The translations under genes were made by a program, and so were the position numbers. 64,000 nt of DNA from an uncultured Gammaproteobacteria bacterium (GTDB lineage Bacteria; Patescibacteriota; Patescibacteriia; Patescibacteriales; UBA12465): the NCBI GenBank assembly GCA_964588465.1, contig CAZPPL010000001.1:50782-114781 (forward strand), read 5' to 3'. The notes below the pieces were generated by a model, which saw only the letters and a program-made list of their open reading frames with translations, was not told the DNA's origin and did no database searches. Positions 48,063-58,383 of the stretch are shown piece after piece. Within the stretch, counting starts at the first letter, position 1, and every line of letters starts with the position of its first letter.

Positions 48063-50540
48063 TTAGATTAATTCGGATCGCCGACTTATCTCTGCTTCTA
48101 CTAAACGAACATTCTTGCCATACTTTAAGCGACTCAAAGCTCTGACTCTCTTAGCCATTCCTTCTCGCTTAACTCCTAAAGGGGGCCAAATGGTTTTTAT
48201 AGAAAAAGGACGCAAGGCACTATTATCAACTAATAATTTAATATAGGCAGTTCCTTTATCAATATTAATTAAATCATATTCATTAAAAACTGGAGTGAAC
48301 TCTTTTACTAAAAATTCTGCATCTTCTGATCCTACTTTGAAACTAATAAGTGTACCCACATTTCCAAACACCGCATCTTTAATTTCGGTATTATTATTTT
48401 TACTGAGCTGAGCAACATACTGGTGGGCGATAATCAAATTTAAAGCATATTTTCTAGCTTCTGATAAGATTTGACAAATAGAATCAGTAGTAAAATTCTG
48501 GAATTCATCAATATATAAATAAAAATCTTTACGTTCTTCAGCACTCATATCAGTACGCGACAAAGCAGCTATTAAAATCTTGCCGACTAAAATCATACCC
48601 AGCAGATAGGCATTCATTTCCCCAACTAGACCTTTAGGAAGATCAATTAATAAAATCTTTTGCTGATCCATTACCTCTCTTAAATTAAAAGCACTCTTTT
48701 GCTGTCCAATGATTGGCCGCATCATATCATTAGAAATAAAGGAAGTAAGTTTAGAGGTAATATAAGGTACAATATTAGCTAGAGCCGCTTCCCCGCCAGC
48801 CTTTTCTGCTTCCTTTTTCCAAAAATCAACTACAGTTTTATTCTTGCAACGTTCTAATTTTAAACGTCTAAACTTTTCATCAGCTAAAACTTTAGGTATT
48901 TCCATAAGGGTAGATCCGCTGGCTGGATCATCCATAATAAGTAGCATAGCATTACGCATATATTGTTCAAACATAGGACCACCGGTAGCTTTTAAATCAT
49001 ATAATTTATCAAAAATACCAATCATTTCGTTAATTACAAAACTCTTCTGCTCGGGATAACGTTCATCATAATCTAATAGGTTTAGAGCTAAAGGTCGCTC
49101 TAAATCTCCTGGAGAAAAAACTATTACATCTTCAATACGTTCGGGAGGAATTCGATCTAGAATATCACTAATTAAATCGCCGTGCGGATCTAAAACACAC
49201 ACTCCCTCTCCATTCTGGATATCTTGTATGGCCATATTAGCTAACATTACCGACTTACCAGTACCAGATTTACCAATAATATAGGTGTGACGCCTACGAT
49301 CCACCCTCTTGATACGAATCTCTTTACTCACTCCCCGATAAACATTTTCCCCTAAACTTATACCTTCGCTGGGAGCTTCGGCAGGAGCAGGGGCAATTTT
49401 AGCAGTTAACCAATTAATATTTGGAGTTTCAGTGGTTTTATTAGGAAAATGGAAAATACTAGCCAATTCTTCACTATTTAATAAAAAACTAATATTTTCC
49501 CGAAAGCGACGATAGATAAAATCAGTAACTATCTTATTAGTTTTAGTTTTATTAATCCGTAGAAAAACATTACCATAACTAAAATTATTATATTCCATGA
49601 AAGCACTACCAATATTTTCTAAATAGATATTAGCTTGCTCTTGGCTCGGAGCACAAGCAATAATTCGTAGGTTTACATCCAAACCCGCTTTCAAATTCTT
49701 TTCTTCAATAGACCGAAGCATCTCTTCTTCCACTGCTGATAACTTTTTAGGTACTAACTGAGACGTTGACTCGGTCTTATTCTTAGAACTAGCTGGAGTC
49801 ATTCCCCCTAAAAAACTAGCAATTCGTCCTAGCGAGCTAGCTGCCTTAAGACCTTTTTTAACTGAATTTCTCTGATTAATTTTAGCCACTACTCGTCGTA
49901 CTCTAGCGTGCCAAGAACTATTAGCACTTCTAACTGTGTATTGGATTGCTAAACTTTCATTTTTACCTAATTTAGACAAAACATTAATTAAAGAATTGAG
50001 TGGATCAACACTCATTTTTTGATAAGTTTTTATAGGGAATATAAAACTTTTGGCAGTTTTCAGATAAGCAGCCGCTAACTGACCCTTTAAACTAAAAACA
50101 TTATAATCTTCTATCTCCTCAATTACGGCCTCAGGATAATAAGCTTGAATTTGCTGTTCTAAATAACGAAAATCACCTTGAGGGGCCACTACATAAAAAG
50201 ATATTTGATTATGACTAGCTACAATCTCAAAAGAAAATTGATCATCACGTCCTTCAAACCAAGAGCGAATTCCTTTTTGAGCCTTTAAACCCCCAATAGC
50301 CGAAAAGATAGTTTCTCCCTTAGCAATATCATCCTTTAATTCTTGGTTAGTATCATCTTTCTTACTATCTTGAGGTTTTTCTTTAGGTAAACGAACCAAA
50401 AATATTTGATGAGGGAAATAATGTCGTCTAGACATTAACCAACGTATCAAGCGTAAAATTAATAATATTAAAAATACCGCTAAAATACCAACTAATAGAT
50501 CAGGAATAAGCCTGTTAATATTTAGAGATAATTCAAACAT
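48063..50540 (-). CDS. VirD4/TraG-like type IV coupling ATPase
   Basis: N-terminal TM, DRRRHTYIIGKSGTGKS, LDPHGD, YIDEFQN, EARKY, AHQY. Confidence 0.85.
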   Translation of the reverse strand: MFELSLNINRLIPDLLVGILAVFLILLILRLIRWLMSRRHYFPHQIFLVRLPKEKPQDSKKDDTNQELKDDIAKGETIFSAIGGLKAQKGIRSWFEGRDDQFSFEIVASHNQISFYVVAPQGDFRYLEQQIQAYYPEAVIEEIEDYNVFSLKGQLAAAYLKTAKSFIFPIKTYQKMSVDPLNSLINVLSKLGKNESLAIQYTVRSANSSWHARVRRVVAKINQRNSVKKGLKAASSLGRIASFLGGMTPASSKNKTESTSQLVPKKLSAVEEEMLRSIEEKNLKAGLDVNLRIIACAPSQEQANIYLENIGSAFMEYNNFSYGNVFLRINKTKTNKIVTDFIYRRFRENISFLLNSEELASIFHFPNKTTETPNINWLTAKIAPAPAEAPSEGISLGENVYRGVSKEIRIKRVDRRRHTYIIGKSGTGKSVMLANMAIQDIQNGEGVCVLDPHGDLISDILDRIPPERIEDVIVFSPGDLERPLALNLLDYDERYPEQKSFVINEMIGIFDKLYDLKATGGPMFEQYMRNAMLLIMDDPASGSTLMEIPKVLADEKFRRLKLERCKNKTVVDFWKKEAEKAGGEAALANIVPYITSKLTSFISNDMMRPIIGQQKSAFNLREVMDQQKILLIDLPKGLVGEMNAYLLGMILVGKILIAALSRTDMSAEERKDFYLYIDEFQNFTTDSICQILSEARKYALNLIIAHQYVAQLSKNNNTEIKDAVFGNVGTLISFKVGSEDAEFLVKEFTPVFNEYDLINIDKGTAYIKLLVDNSALRPFSIKTIWPPLGVKREGMAKRVRALSRLKYGKNVRLVEAEISRRSELI

Positions 50541-50542
50541 AA

Positions 50543-51028
50543 TTAAAATTTATCTTTTATTCTTAAAATCTTATCAGCTTTAATTTTTGCTTCTTGCTCT
50601 AAAAAAAATTTATTAATTCCAGGAATTAATTTTAACCAAGCTCGGATCAGAGAAATTATTTTATTAATTTTAACTTTAGTTTTATTAAGCAATTCATTAA
50701 TCTGCTTCACTGTTTCTTCTCCTTTTTGTTTAAAAGCTTGCTGTTCGTCAGCCTTAAGTTTTATAAAAACATCATTAAGCCCAGAAGCTAAAATGTTATC
50801 AATAATTACTGCCCTTTGCTGTTGAAAATCCATCGCTGAGTTAGAACCGTTAGATTGCTTAGGTTCCAATCTTATCGCTGACTCTAAATTTACAGCTGGT
50901 TTTTCTAAAACTGCAACATTCTTTTTAACAGAATCATCTAATTTAGTAATCTGTTCTGATTGGCTAGATAAGTCTTTGAATTTCTCTACCGCTGGTTTTT
51001 CAATATGAACATTTTTTTCTGTAGCCAT
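50543..51028 (-). CDS. Hypothetical protein co-transcribed with the coupling ATPase
   Basis: 2-nt gap to the ATPase; helical C-domain WLKLIPGINKFFLEQEAKIKAD. Confidence 0.75.
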   Translation of the reverse strand: MATEKNVHIEKPAVEKFKDLSSQSEQITKLDDSVKKNVAVLEKPAVNLESAIRLEPKQSNGSNSAMDFQQQRAVIIDNILASGLNDVFIKLKADEQQAFKQKGEETVKQINELLNKTKVKINKIISLIRAWLKLIPGINKFFLEQEAKIKADKILRIKDKF

Positions 51029-51032
51029 AAAT

Positions 51033-51209
51033 TTATTTATCTGAACTAATAGCCCCCACTGGACAATTATTTATAGCTTTTTTAGCACAAGGAGTTTCTG
51101 TCCCCTTGATAACTTCAGCTTTTCCGTCCAAATTCATTTGAAAGGTATCTGGACAAGAACTAGCACATAAACCGCAACCAACACATTTATCTTGATCTAT
51201 TTTGACCAT
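51033..51209 (-). CDS. Single-cluster ferredoxin (58 aa, not in ORF track)
   Basis: MVKIDQDKCVGCGLCASSCPDTFQMNLDGKAEVIKGTETPCAKKAINNCPVGAISSDK*: CxxCxxC...CP. Confidence 0.92.
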   Translation of the reverse strand: MVKIDQDKCVGCGLCASSCPDTFQMNLDGKAEVIKGTETPCAKKAINNCPVGAISSDK

Positions 51210-51381
51210 ACAATTATAAATCTCCCCCGTACTTTAATAAACTACGAGTTAAGATTTCTTCAATCTTTATATTTATCTAATTAACTATTATTTAATCAAC
51301 TATTTACTAATTTCAGTATAGCATATTATTTAAAAATTAAAACTATTTGTGAGTATAAAACACCTTAATAAACTAAATAAT

Positions 51382-51410
51382 TTGACAATTATATACTGTT
51401 TTGTTATATT
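51382..51410 (+). promoter_or_regulatory. Promoter of rpmA
   Basis: TTGACA, 17-nt spacer, TGtTATATT. Confidence 0.6.
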
Positions 51411-51496
51411 GAGAGCAGTAAAAATAAATATTAGTATAAACATCGGGCGTTATCATTACTCTATCTATGTTACGTACTGAATGTTAGTTAACTTTT

Positions 51497-51949
51497 ATGG
51501 CACATAAGAAAGCCGGTGGATCAACCTCCCTAGGTCGTGACTCAGCAGGCAGACGTTTAGGTGTAAAATTGACTGATGGACAATGGGCAAAAATTGGGGC
51601 TATTATTATTAGACAACGGGGGACTAAATATCATCCTGGTTTAAATGTGAAAAAAGGTAGAGATGACACTTTATTTTCTTTAATTAATGGTTTTGTTAAG
51701 TTTTCTACTAAAAAATTAAAAAAATACAATGGGTCTCTGAAAACTAACAAAATAGTGAGTGTATCACCACCAGATAGCGAACATCCTGCCCCTAGTCCAC
51801 AAGAAATAATTAAAAAAACTCCAATTAAAAAAGGAAAGACTATGCGCTCTTCAATGCGTAAGACTACAGCTAAGAAAAATTTAGCCAAACAAATTAAATT
51901 AGCTAATAGAAAAAAACGAGTTTTAAATAAGAAAAGAACCAAAAAATAA
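51497..51949 (+). CDS. rpmA: 50S ribosomal protein L27 with long basic C-terminal extension
   Basis: [32 protein letters not shown]. Confidence 0.96.
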   Translation: MAHKKAGGSTSLGRDSAGRRLGVKLTDGQWAKIGAIIIRQRGTKYHPGLNVKKGRDDTLFSLINGFVKFSTKKLKKYNGSLKTNKIVSVSPPDSEHPAPSPQEIIKKTPIKKGKTMRSSMRKTTAKKNLAKQIKLANRKKRVLNKKRTKK

Positions 51950-51978
51950 TTGTTGGCTAGTGTAGAAATTGTTTAAAC

Positions 51979-52011
51979 ACAATAAAAGCACCTTATAGGT
52001 GTTTTTATTGT
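51979..52011. terminator. Bidirectional terminator between rpmA and pyrG
   Basis: ACAATAAAAGCACCT-TAT-AGGTGTTTTTATTGT. Confidence 0.8.
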
Positions 52012-52019
52012 AAATAATT

Positions 52020-53654
52020 TTATTTCTTCTGTCCTTTACAAACTTTAACGAATTCTACAAATAAGGGATGAGGAGTTAGTGGACGAGAGATATATTCGGG
52101 ATGAAACTGTACCCCTACAAAAAAAGGATGATCACTCAACTCTACAGCTTCCACAATCTTTCCATCTGGCGAAGTACCAGCGACCACCAAGCCTAAATCA
52201 GCAAAACGACTACGATAATCATTATTAAATTCATAACGATGGCGATGCCGTTCAAATACTATAGTTTTATGGCTAAATTTGGAATAAGCTTTAGCCAAAT
52301 GTGTACCAGCTACTAACTTACAAGGCCAAGCTCCCAAACGAATAGTACCACCATAGCCTTTTTCCGCAATTAGTTTTTCTTGACCAGGCATAATATGAAT
52401 AACTGGATTAGAAGTTTTGGAATCAACTTCGGCAGAGTTAGCATCTGATAACTTAGCAACATTACGAGCAAATTCAATCACAGTCATTTGCATACCATAA
52501 CATAGACCAAAATATGGTACTTTTTTTTCACGACAATATTTAATAGTTTTAATCTTTCCTTCTGCTCCTCGCTTTCCCCAACCTTGAGGCACTATAATTC
52601 CATCTAAATTACGCAAAATTTTAGTTCCCTTCTTATCTACTTCTTCAGCATTCAACCAATGAATTTTTACTTTACATTTAACAGCAGCAGCAGCATGCTT
52701 AATAGCTTCAATCACAGAAATATAAGAATCCCCCAAAGAAAAATCGCCACTAGCAAAATATTTACCTACAATACCAATATTTATTATAGGTTTTTTTATC
52801 TTAGAAGCTTGCACCATCTTTTTCCAAGCCTGATTATTGTTCTTATGTCCAAGAGGCAAAGAAAATTTTTGTAAAATATGATCCCCTAAATTATCTTTCT
52901 CAAAATTAAGCGGAACATCATAAATAGAATCAGCATCAGGGGCAGCAATTACGGCCTCGGGAGCTATATTACAATTAATAGATAATTTTTCTCGACGAGT
53001 AGTGTCAATTGGTCGTTCGCTACGAGCAATCAAAAAATCGGGTTGAATTCCAGCCGCTTGTAAACTACGAACAGCATGCTGGGTAGGTTTAGTTTTCATT
53101 TCACCAATTTTATGAGGAATTGGTAAATAAGAGACCATCACAAATAAAACATTTTTAGGTTGATATAATTTCATCACACGAGCGGCTTCTAAAAACAAAA
53201 GATTCTCATATTCGCCAACAGTCCCCCCAATCTCAATAATCATAATTTCCGCTTTAGTTTTTTGTACGGCCCAATCAATTCGCCTACGAATTTCTTGAGG
53301 AATATGTGGAACTACTTGTACACACTTACCTTTATATTCTAAATTACGTTCTTTAGATATAACGGTTTGATAAATTCGTCCAGTAGTCATGTAATTCTCT
53401 CGATAAATATTTTGACCCAGAAATCTTTCATAATTACCAATATCTTGATCAGTCTCATCACCGTCGTCAGTTACAAAAACTTCGCCATGTTCAATTGGAT
53501 TCATAGTACCCGCATCTATATTAATATAGGGATCCATTTTAATGGCACTAACTTTATAACCCCTAGCCTGTAAAATTTGACCAATAGAGGCAGTAGTTAC
53601 TCCCTTCCCCACCCCAGACATTACTCCGCCAACGACAAAAATGAACTTAGACAT
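52020..53654 (-). CDS. pyrG: CTP synthase
   Basis: GGVMSGVGKG, DPYINIDAGTM, KTKPTQH, GLCYGMQ, QFHPE. Confidence 0.98.
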   Translation of the reverse strand: MSKFIFVVGGVMSGVGKGVTTASIGQILQARGYKVSAIKMDPYINIDAGTMNPIEHGEVFVTDDGDETDQDIGNYERFLGQNIYRENYMTTGRIYQTVISKERNLEYKGKCVQVVPHIPQEIRRRIDWAVQKTKAEIMIIEIGGTVGEYENLLFLEAARVMKLYQPKNVLFVMVSYLPIPHKIGEMKTKPTQHAVRSLQAAGIQPDFLIARSERPIDTTRREKLSINCNIAPEAVIAAPDADSIYDVPLNFEKDNLGDHILQKFSLPLGHKNNNQAWKKMVQASKIKKPIINIGIVGKYFASGDFSLGDSYISVIEAIKHAAAAVKCKVKIHWLNAEEVDKKGTKILRNLDGIIVPQGWGKRGAEGKIKTIKYCREKKVPYFGLCYGMQMTVIEFARNVAKLSDANSAEVDSKTSNPVIHIMPGQEKLIAEKGYGGTIRLGAWPCKLVAGTHLAKAYSKFSHKTIVFERHRHRYEFNNDYRSRFADLGLVVAGTSPDGKIVEAVELSDHPFFVGVQFHPEYISRPLTPHPLFVEFVKVCKGQKK

Positions 53655-53674
53655 AAATTTTAATACTTTAAATA

Positions 53675-54922
53675 TTATTTCTTTTTAGCAGTTAATAATT
53701 CTACGGCTTTCGCAAATTGTGGATCTAAATTTTTATTCAAATCGGCTTGAGTCATTTTAACTTCAATATTGGGTTTAAGTCCCTTCTTATTAATAAAATC
53801 ACCAGCTGGAGTTAACCAGTGAGCAATAGTAACTTTTAATTCTGAACCCCCTGGCAATTTATCTAAAACTTGGACTGAACCTTTGCCATAAGTAGTTTCA
53901 CCAACTAGAATAGCTTTTTTATAATCTCGTAAAGCTCCAGCTAAAATTTCTGAAGCCGAAGCACTACCACCGTTAACCAAAACTACGGTCGGAAAATTCG
54001 CTAGACGATCTCGTCCATTAGCTGAATATTCGTTGCGACGATTACCGCCAAACTGTTCAGCTACTACTGGGCCAGCCTTAATCCATTCACTGGCCATATC
54101 TACCGCAGTTTGTAAATAACCTCCAGGATTATTACGCAAATCTAAAATAATACCTTTAGGTTGTTTAAGCACTATAGTATTCACCGCTTGTTCAAATAGA
54201 CCTTCAGTATCATTATTAAAGCTACTTACTCTAATTACGAAAATACCATCAGGGAGCATTTTAGTGGTCACACTTTTGATCTGAATAACTGAACGAGTAA
54301 TAACTAAATCTTGAGGTTTATTTTTTCCTCGAATAATAGTTAAAGTAACTTTTGTCCCTTTAGGACCTCTAATTTCATTAACTACCGCATCAATGCTCAT
54401 ACCTAGGGTAGATTTACCATTTACAGCATAAATTTTGTCTCCAGCTTGTAAACCAGCTCGTTTAGCTGGAGTCCCGTCTAAGGGAGATATAACCGTTATC
54501 ATGTTATTACGAACACCAACTTCAGCCCCAATTCCCTGAAAAGTACCAGCTAAATCATTAGAAAATTGCTTGGCCTGTTTTGGATCCATAAAAATAGTGT
54601 AAGGATCACCAGTGGCTTGAGCCATTCCTTGCAAAGAACCATAAAATAAATTCTGATTCGTAACTTTGTTCTTATCAACATAATTAGTTTTTAAGGTGTT
54701 CCATACCTGCCAATACAGATTAAAATTAATCGTTGGACTAGTACTAGTACCTAGGGCAGTATTGGCTGCCTCCGGAGAATAAGCCAATGGTTGGTTTAAA
54801 AAATTAAAAGATTTACTTTTGGCTTGCCCAAAATAGAATCCACCAGCAAAAATACCTAACATTAAAATTACCACTACTAGACCACCAAGTATTTTCCATT
54901 TATTATTCTTATTTATAATCAT
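53675..54922 (-). CDS. S41 carboxy-terminal processing protease (CtpA-like)
   Basis: DPYT, PDZ GIGAEV, DLRNNPGG, SASASEI, GKGSVQ. Confidence 0.93.
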   Translation of the reverse strand: MIINKNNKWKILGGLVVVILMLGIFAGGFYFGQAKSKSFNFLNQPLAYSPEAANTALGTSTSPTINFNLYWQVWNTLKTNYVDKNKVTNQNLFYGSLQGMAQATGDPYTIFMDPKQAKQFSNDLAGTFQGIGAEVGVRNNMITVISPLDGTPAKRAGLQAGDKIYAVNGKSTLGMSIDAVVNEIRGPKGTKVTLTIIRGKNKPQDLVITRSVIQIKSVTTKMLPDGIFVIRVSSFNNDTEGLFEQAVNTIVLKQPKGIILDLRNNPGGYLQTAVDMASEWIKAGPVVAEQFGGNRRNEYSANGRDRLANFPTVVLVNGGSASASEILAGALRDYKKAILVGETTYGKGSVQVLDKLPGGSELKVTIAHWLTPAGDFINKKGLKPNIEVKMTQADLNKNLDPQFAKAVELLTAKKK

Positions 54923-54968
54923 ATAATTAACTATAATTTATTGTTAAATTGTGTTTTTAAATAAAGTA

Positions 54969-55577
54969 TCATTTTCTTAAAATTACAGGGTGCTTACAAT
55001 CGCGTAAATCAATCAAACGCGAAGGTTTGGAGTTAGAACATTTACCAAAATCAACTACTAAATCTGGCATTTCTGTCGTATTGATAAAATGACGAGATAA
55101 AGAACTTAAATCATAAATATTAGCCCTACCACTTAAGTTTAAACTGGTGGAAACTAAAGGACAATTTACCTTCTTTAATATCTTAATCAAAAATCTATTT
55201 TTAGGCAAACGAGCTGCCAAACCACTAGAGTCTTTAGTCAATTCTGGAGCTAGAATATTGCGATGACGTAATATTACAGTAGTAGGTTGAAGCTCCGAAT
55301 TCCAAACTCGTTTTAAGAATAGATTTTGTGGAGGAGAAATAAAAACATATTTTTTGAGCATGGCTATGCTACTAACTAAAATTATTAATGGTTTATGAGG
55401 ATCCCGTTTTTTTAATTTATAAACACGTCTAATGGCTTTAGAGTTAGTAGCTAAACAACTTAAGCCATAAATGGTGTCAGTAGGTAGAACTAAAACTTTA
55501 CCAGCATTCAAAGAAGTGGCGAGTAAATCAATAATTGCTGGAGTAATTTTTGGAGCTTTAGTTCGTAACTGAATCAT
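54969..55577 (-). CDS. tsaC: L-threonylcarbamoyladenylate synthase (TsaC/Sua5)
   Basis: PTDTIYGL, KKRDPHKPL, STSLNLSG. Confidence 0.92.
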   Translation of the reverse strand: MIQLRTKAPKITPAIIDLLATSLNAGKVLVLPTDTIYGLSCLATNSKAIRRVYKLKKRDPHKPLIILVSSIAMLKKYVFISPPQNLFLKRVWNSELQPTTVILRHRNILAPELTKDSSGLAARLPKNRFLIKILKKVNCPLVSTSLNLSGRANIYDLSSLSRHFINTTEMPDLVVDFGKCSNSKPSRLIDLRDCKHPVILRK

Positions 55578-55593
55578 GTAAAATAGAATGAAA

Positions 55594-56127
55594 CTAAATA
55601 ATTGATTTCAGAGTTGACAGGGCGTGAGGTAATAGTGGCAGAATAATATTAACCATTTTCAACAGAAAAGGGGCAATTTGCGAATGGACTAATTCTCCAC
55701 CTAAAATATTATGGAGTAAAGCATAACGAGAAATCACATATATAATTAAACCCAAAAATAAAGAACCTTCCAAAAATCCTAAAACTGCCCCTAACAGATT
55801 ATTCAAATACTGACTACCAGGGATAACGGCCATAAATTTAAAAATCTTTTCAATAAGAGCAAAGGCTAAATCAATCAAACGAACAGCTAAAACAAACAAT
55901 ACAATAAAGGCCAATACTTTAGCCAAATTAGTATGAGTAGTAACCCAAGGCTTAATCCAATCCCAATTCTTAGACCATTCATAAAGACTTAAATAAAAAT
56001 TAACCGTCAAATATACTCCTAAAATCAAACCAATAATATGACCAACTAGTCTTATTATTCCTTTAAACAGACCATTGATGGCAAAACCAGCTAAAATAAC
56101 TAGCAAACTAATATCCAGAATTGACAT
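55594..56127 (-). CDS. CvpA family membrane protein
   Basis: LDI..L..FAINGLFKG, LNNLLGAVLGFLEG, SQIAP. Confidence 0.85.
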   Translation of the reverse strand: MSILDISLLVILAGFAINGLFKGIIRLVGHIIGLILGVYLTVNFYLSLYEWSKNWDWIKPWVTTHTNLAKVLAFIVLFVLAVRLIDLAFALIEKIFKFMAVIPGSQYLNNLLGAVLGFLEGSLFLGLIIYVISRYALLHNILGGELVHSQIAPFLLKMVNIILPLLPHALSTLKSII

Positions 56128-56153
56128 AGATTTCTAATATAATTTAATAAAAG

Positions 56154-57599
56154 TTATAATCTTGGAAATAAAGCTTTTTCTTTTCTAATCTGAGCTTGAC
56201 TGAATTGAGCTTGAATCTTTTTAGCACTAGCGGGCAAAAAGGGTTCTAATAAATAAGCTAAATTTAAAATATCCTGAGCTAAAGGTTTTAGAACTTTTTC
56301 TATTTCTCCTTTAGTTTCCATCTTCCAGGGTTTAGTTTCACTTAAAATTTCATCAACTCGTTTAATTTTCTCCCAAATTATTTGTAAGACTTCATTAAAA
56401 TGATAAATTTTCATTTTTGCTGCTACATTTTTAACTACTGTAATAATACCCTGATCTTTTAAATTGATTTGTAAATTGCTAACAATATTATTCTGCTCTA
56501 ATAGCTTAGAAACACGAGCCACTAAATTACCTAGTCCATTAGCTAAATCTGCATTATAGCGTTCCCTAAATTTATTTTCTGAATAATCACCATCGGCAAA
56601 TGGAGGAATCTCTGCTAATAAATAATAACGTAGCGGATCAGAACCATATTTATCGGATAATTCATAAGGATTTACTATGTTCCCTGAACTTTTGCTAATT
56701 TTTTTGCCATTAACAGTTAAAAAACCAAAAACTAAAATTTGCTTAGAAGGGGCTAGTCCAGCAGACATAAGCATAGCCTGCCACATAGCCGCTTGCGGTC
56801 GCAAATTGTCTTTACCACAAACTTGTACACCTGGCCAATAATTTTTAAAATCTTCGGATTCTCTAGGCCAAGCTAAAGTAGAAATATAGTTAACTAGAGC
56901 ATCAAACCAAACATACATAACTTGACTATCATCGTCAGGAATTGCTACTCCATTGGGCATTTTAGTTTTTAGGCGAGAAATACTAAAATCTTGTAAACCG
57001 GCTTTCACAAAATTAGTTATTTCCTTTAAACGACCAGCAGGTAAAACAAATTCAGGATTATTTTTATATAAATCTAATAGTTGTTGTTGATATCTAGAAA
57101 AACGAAAAAAATAATTTTCTTCTTCAATAATCTCTAATTCGCTATTAGGATGAAAAGGACAACGTCCTTTAACTAATTCAGAATCAGTTTTCTCTAGTTC
57201 GCAGCCAACACAATATTTAATTTTATAAAATTTTTTATAAATATCACCACTAGCTAAACAACGTTTCCAAAATTCTTGAGCAGCTACTTTATGTTTGGAA
57301 TCGGTAGTGCGAGTAAATTTATTATAAGATAAATTCAATTTTTCTTTTAGAGGTAAAAACTTACCAGAATATAAATCACAAAAATCTTGAACACTTAGTC
57401 CGCTCTCTTGAGCTTTTTGATAAATTTTTAAACCATGTTCATCAGTTCCAGTATTAAAGAATACTACTGCACCTCTCTGTCGCTCATAGCGAGCAACAAC
57501 ATCAGCTTTAATTAATTCAGCAGCAAAACCTATATGCGGTTCAGAATTAATATAAGCTAAAGTGGTAGTAATATAAAAATATTTAGTTCGTGAGGGCAT
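56154..57599 (-). CDS. metG: Methionine--tRNA ligase (short form)
   Basis: YINSEPHIG, GTDEHG, YVWFDAL, KISKS. Confidence 0.96.
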   Translation of the reverse strand: MPSRTKYFYITTTLAYINSEPHIGFAAELIKADVVARYERQRGAVVFFNTGTDEHGLKIYQKAQESGLSVQDFCDLYSGKFLPLKEKLNLSYNKFTRTTDSKHKVAAQEFWKRCLASGDIYKKFYKIKYCVGCELEKTDSELVKGRCPFHPNSELEIIEEENYFFRFSRYQQQLLDLYKNNPEFVLPAGRLKEITNFVKAGLQDFSISRLKTKMPNGVAIPDDDSQVMYVWFDALVNYISTLAWPRESEDFKNYWPGVQVCGKDNLRPQAAMWQAMLMSAGLAPSKQILVFGFLTVNGKKISKSSGNIVNPYELSDKYGSDPLRYYLLAEIPPFADGDYSENKFRERYNADLANGLGNLVARVSKLLEQNNIVSNLQINLKDQGIITVVKNVAAKMKIYHFNEVLQIIWEKIKRVDEILSETKPWKMETKGEIEKVLKPLAQDILNLAYLLEPFLPASAKKIQAQFSQAQIRKEKALFPRL

Positions 57600-57666
57600 A
57601 AATTAACTAAGTTATTAATATAATAAATAAAATCAAAGCTTGACTGGGTCAAAACCAAAAAAATAA

Positions 57667-58365
57667 TTAATTTGATAATTTTTTAATTAAAACTACAAAC
57701 TCTCCTTTTAAATTATTAGCATCTTTTAGCAACTCTTTCAAGACCTCATCAGTTGAACCACTATAGAAACTTTCATGTAGTTTGGTCAGCTCTCGAGCTA
57801 CTCTCACTTCTAAAGATGACTTCAGACCTTCACTCATCACAATAAGTTCTTGCAAAAGTTTAACTAAACGGTGTTTAGATTCATAAACTATTACGGGGTA
57901 TGAACTATCTATAATCTCTTTCAGTTTGGTCTGCCTACCTTTTTTATGAGGCAGAAAACCTAAAAATAAAAAATGTTCAAATCCCAGACCAGCGATAGAA
58001 AGAGCTGAAGCTAGAGCCGAAGTCCCAGGAATACTCTCAATTAAAACCTGTTTCCCAAATTCTTTACGTACTAAAGAAACTAATTTAGAACCCGGATCTG
58101 ATAAACCCGGAGTACCGGCATCACTCACTAAGGCTAAATTCTTTCCTGATCGTAACAGGCTCATGATTTTAGTTAATTTTAAATTATTAGAATGCTGATG
58201 ATAAGATATACTGGGAGTATTTATCTTATAATGAGTCAATAAACGTTTAGTCACCCGGGTATCTTCGCATAAAATAATATCCGCCTCTTTTAAAACACGT
58301 AAAGCTCGTAAAGTTATATCTTCTAAATTACCTATGGGAGTAGCTACTATCCTTAAAATACTCAT
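57667..58365 (-). CDS. rsmI: 16S rRNA C1402 2'-O-methyltransferase
   Basis: VATPIGNLEDIT, CEDTR, SDAGTPGLSDPG, RELTKLHE, KGEFV. Confidence 0.96.
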   Translation of the reverse strand: MSILRIVATPIGNLEDITLRALRVLKEADIILCEDTRVTKRLLTHYKINTPSISYHQHSNNLKLTKIMSLLRSGKNLALVSDAGTPGLSDPGSKLVSLVRKEFGKQVLIESIPGTSALASALSIAGLGFEHFLFLGFLPHKKGRQTKLKEIIDSSYPVIVYESKHRLVKLLQELIVMSEGLKSSLEVRVARELTKLHESFYSGSTDEVLKELLKDANNLKGEFVVLIKKLSN

Positions 58366-58383
58366 ATTAAATACTAATAGATA

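Noticed and set aside
48063-50540. Integrative conjugative element
   Set aside because: No relaxase, VirB4, integrase or att repeats; embedded among core genes.
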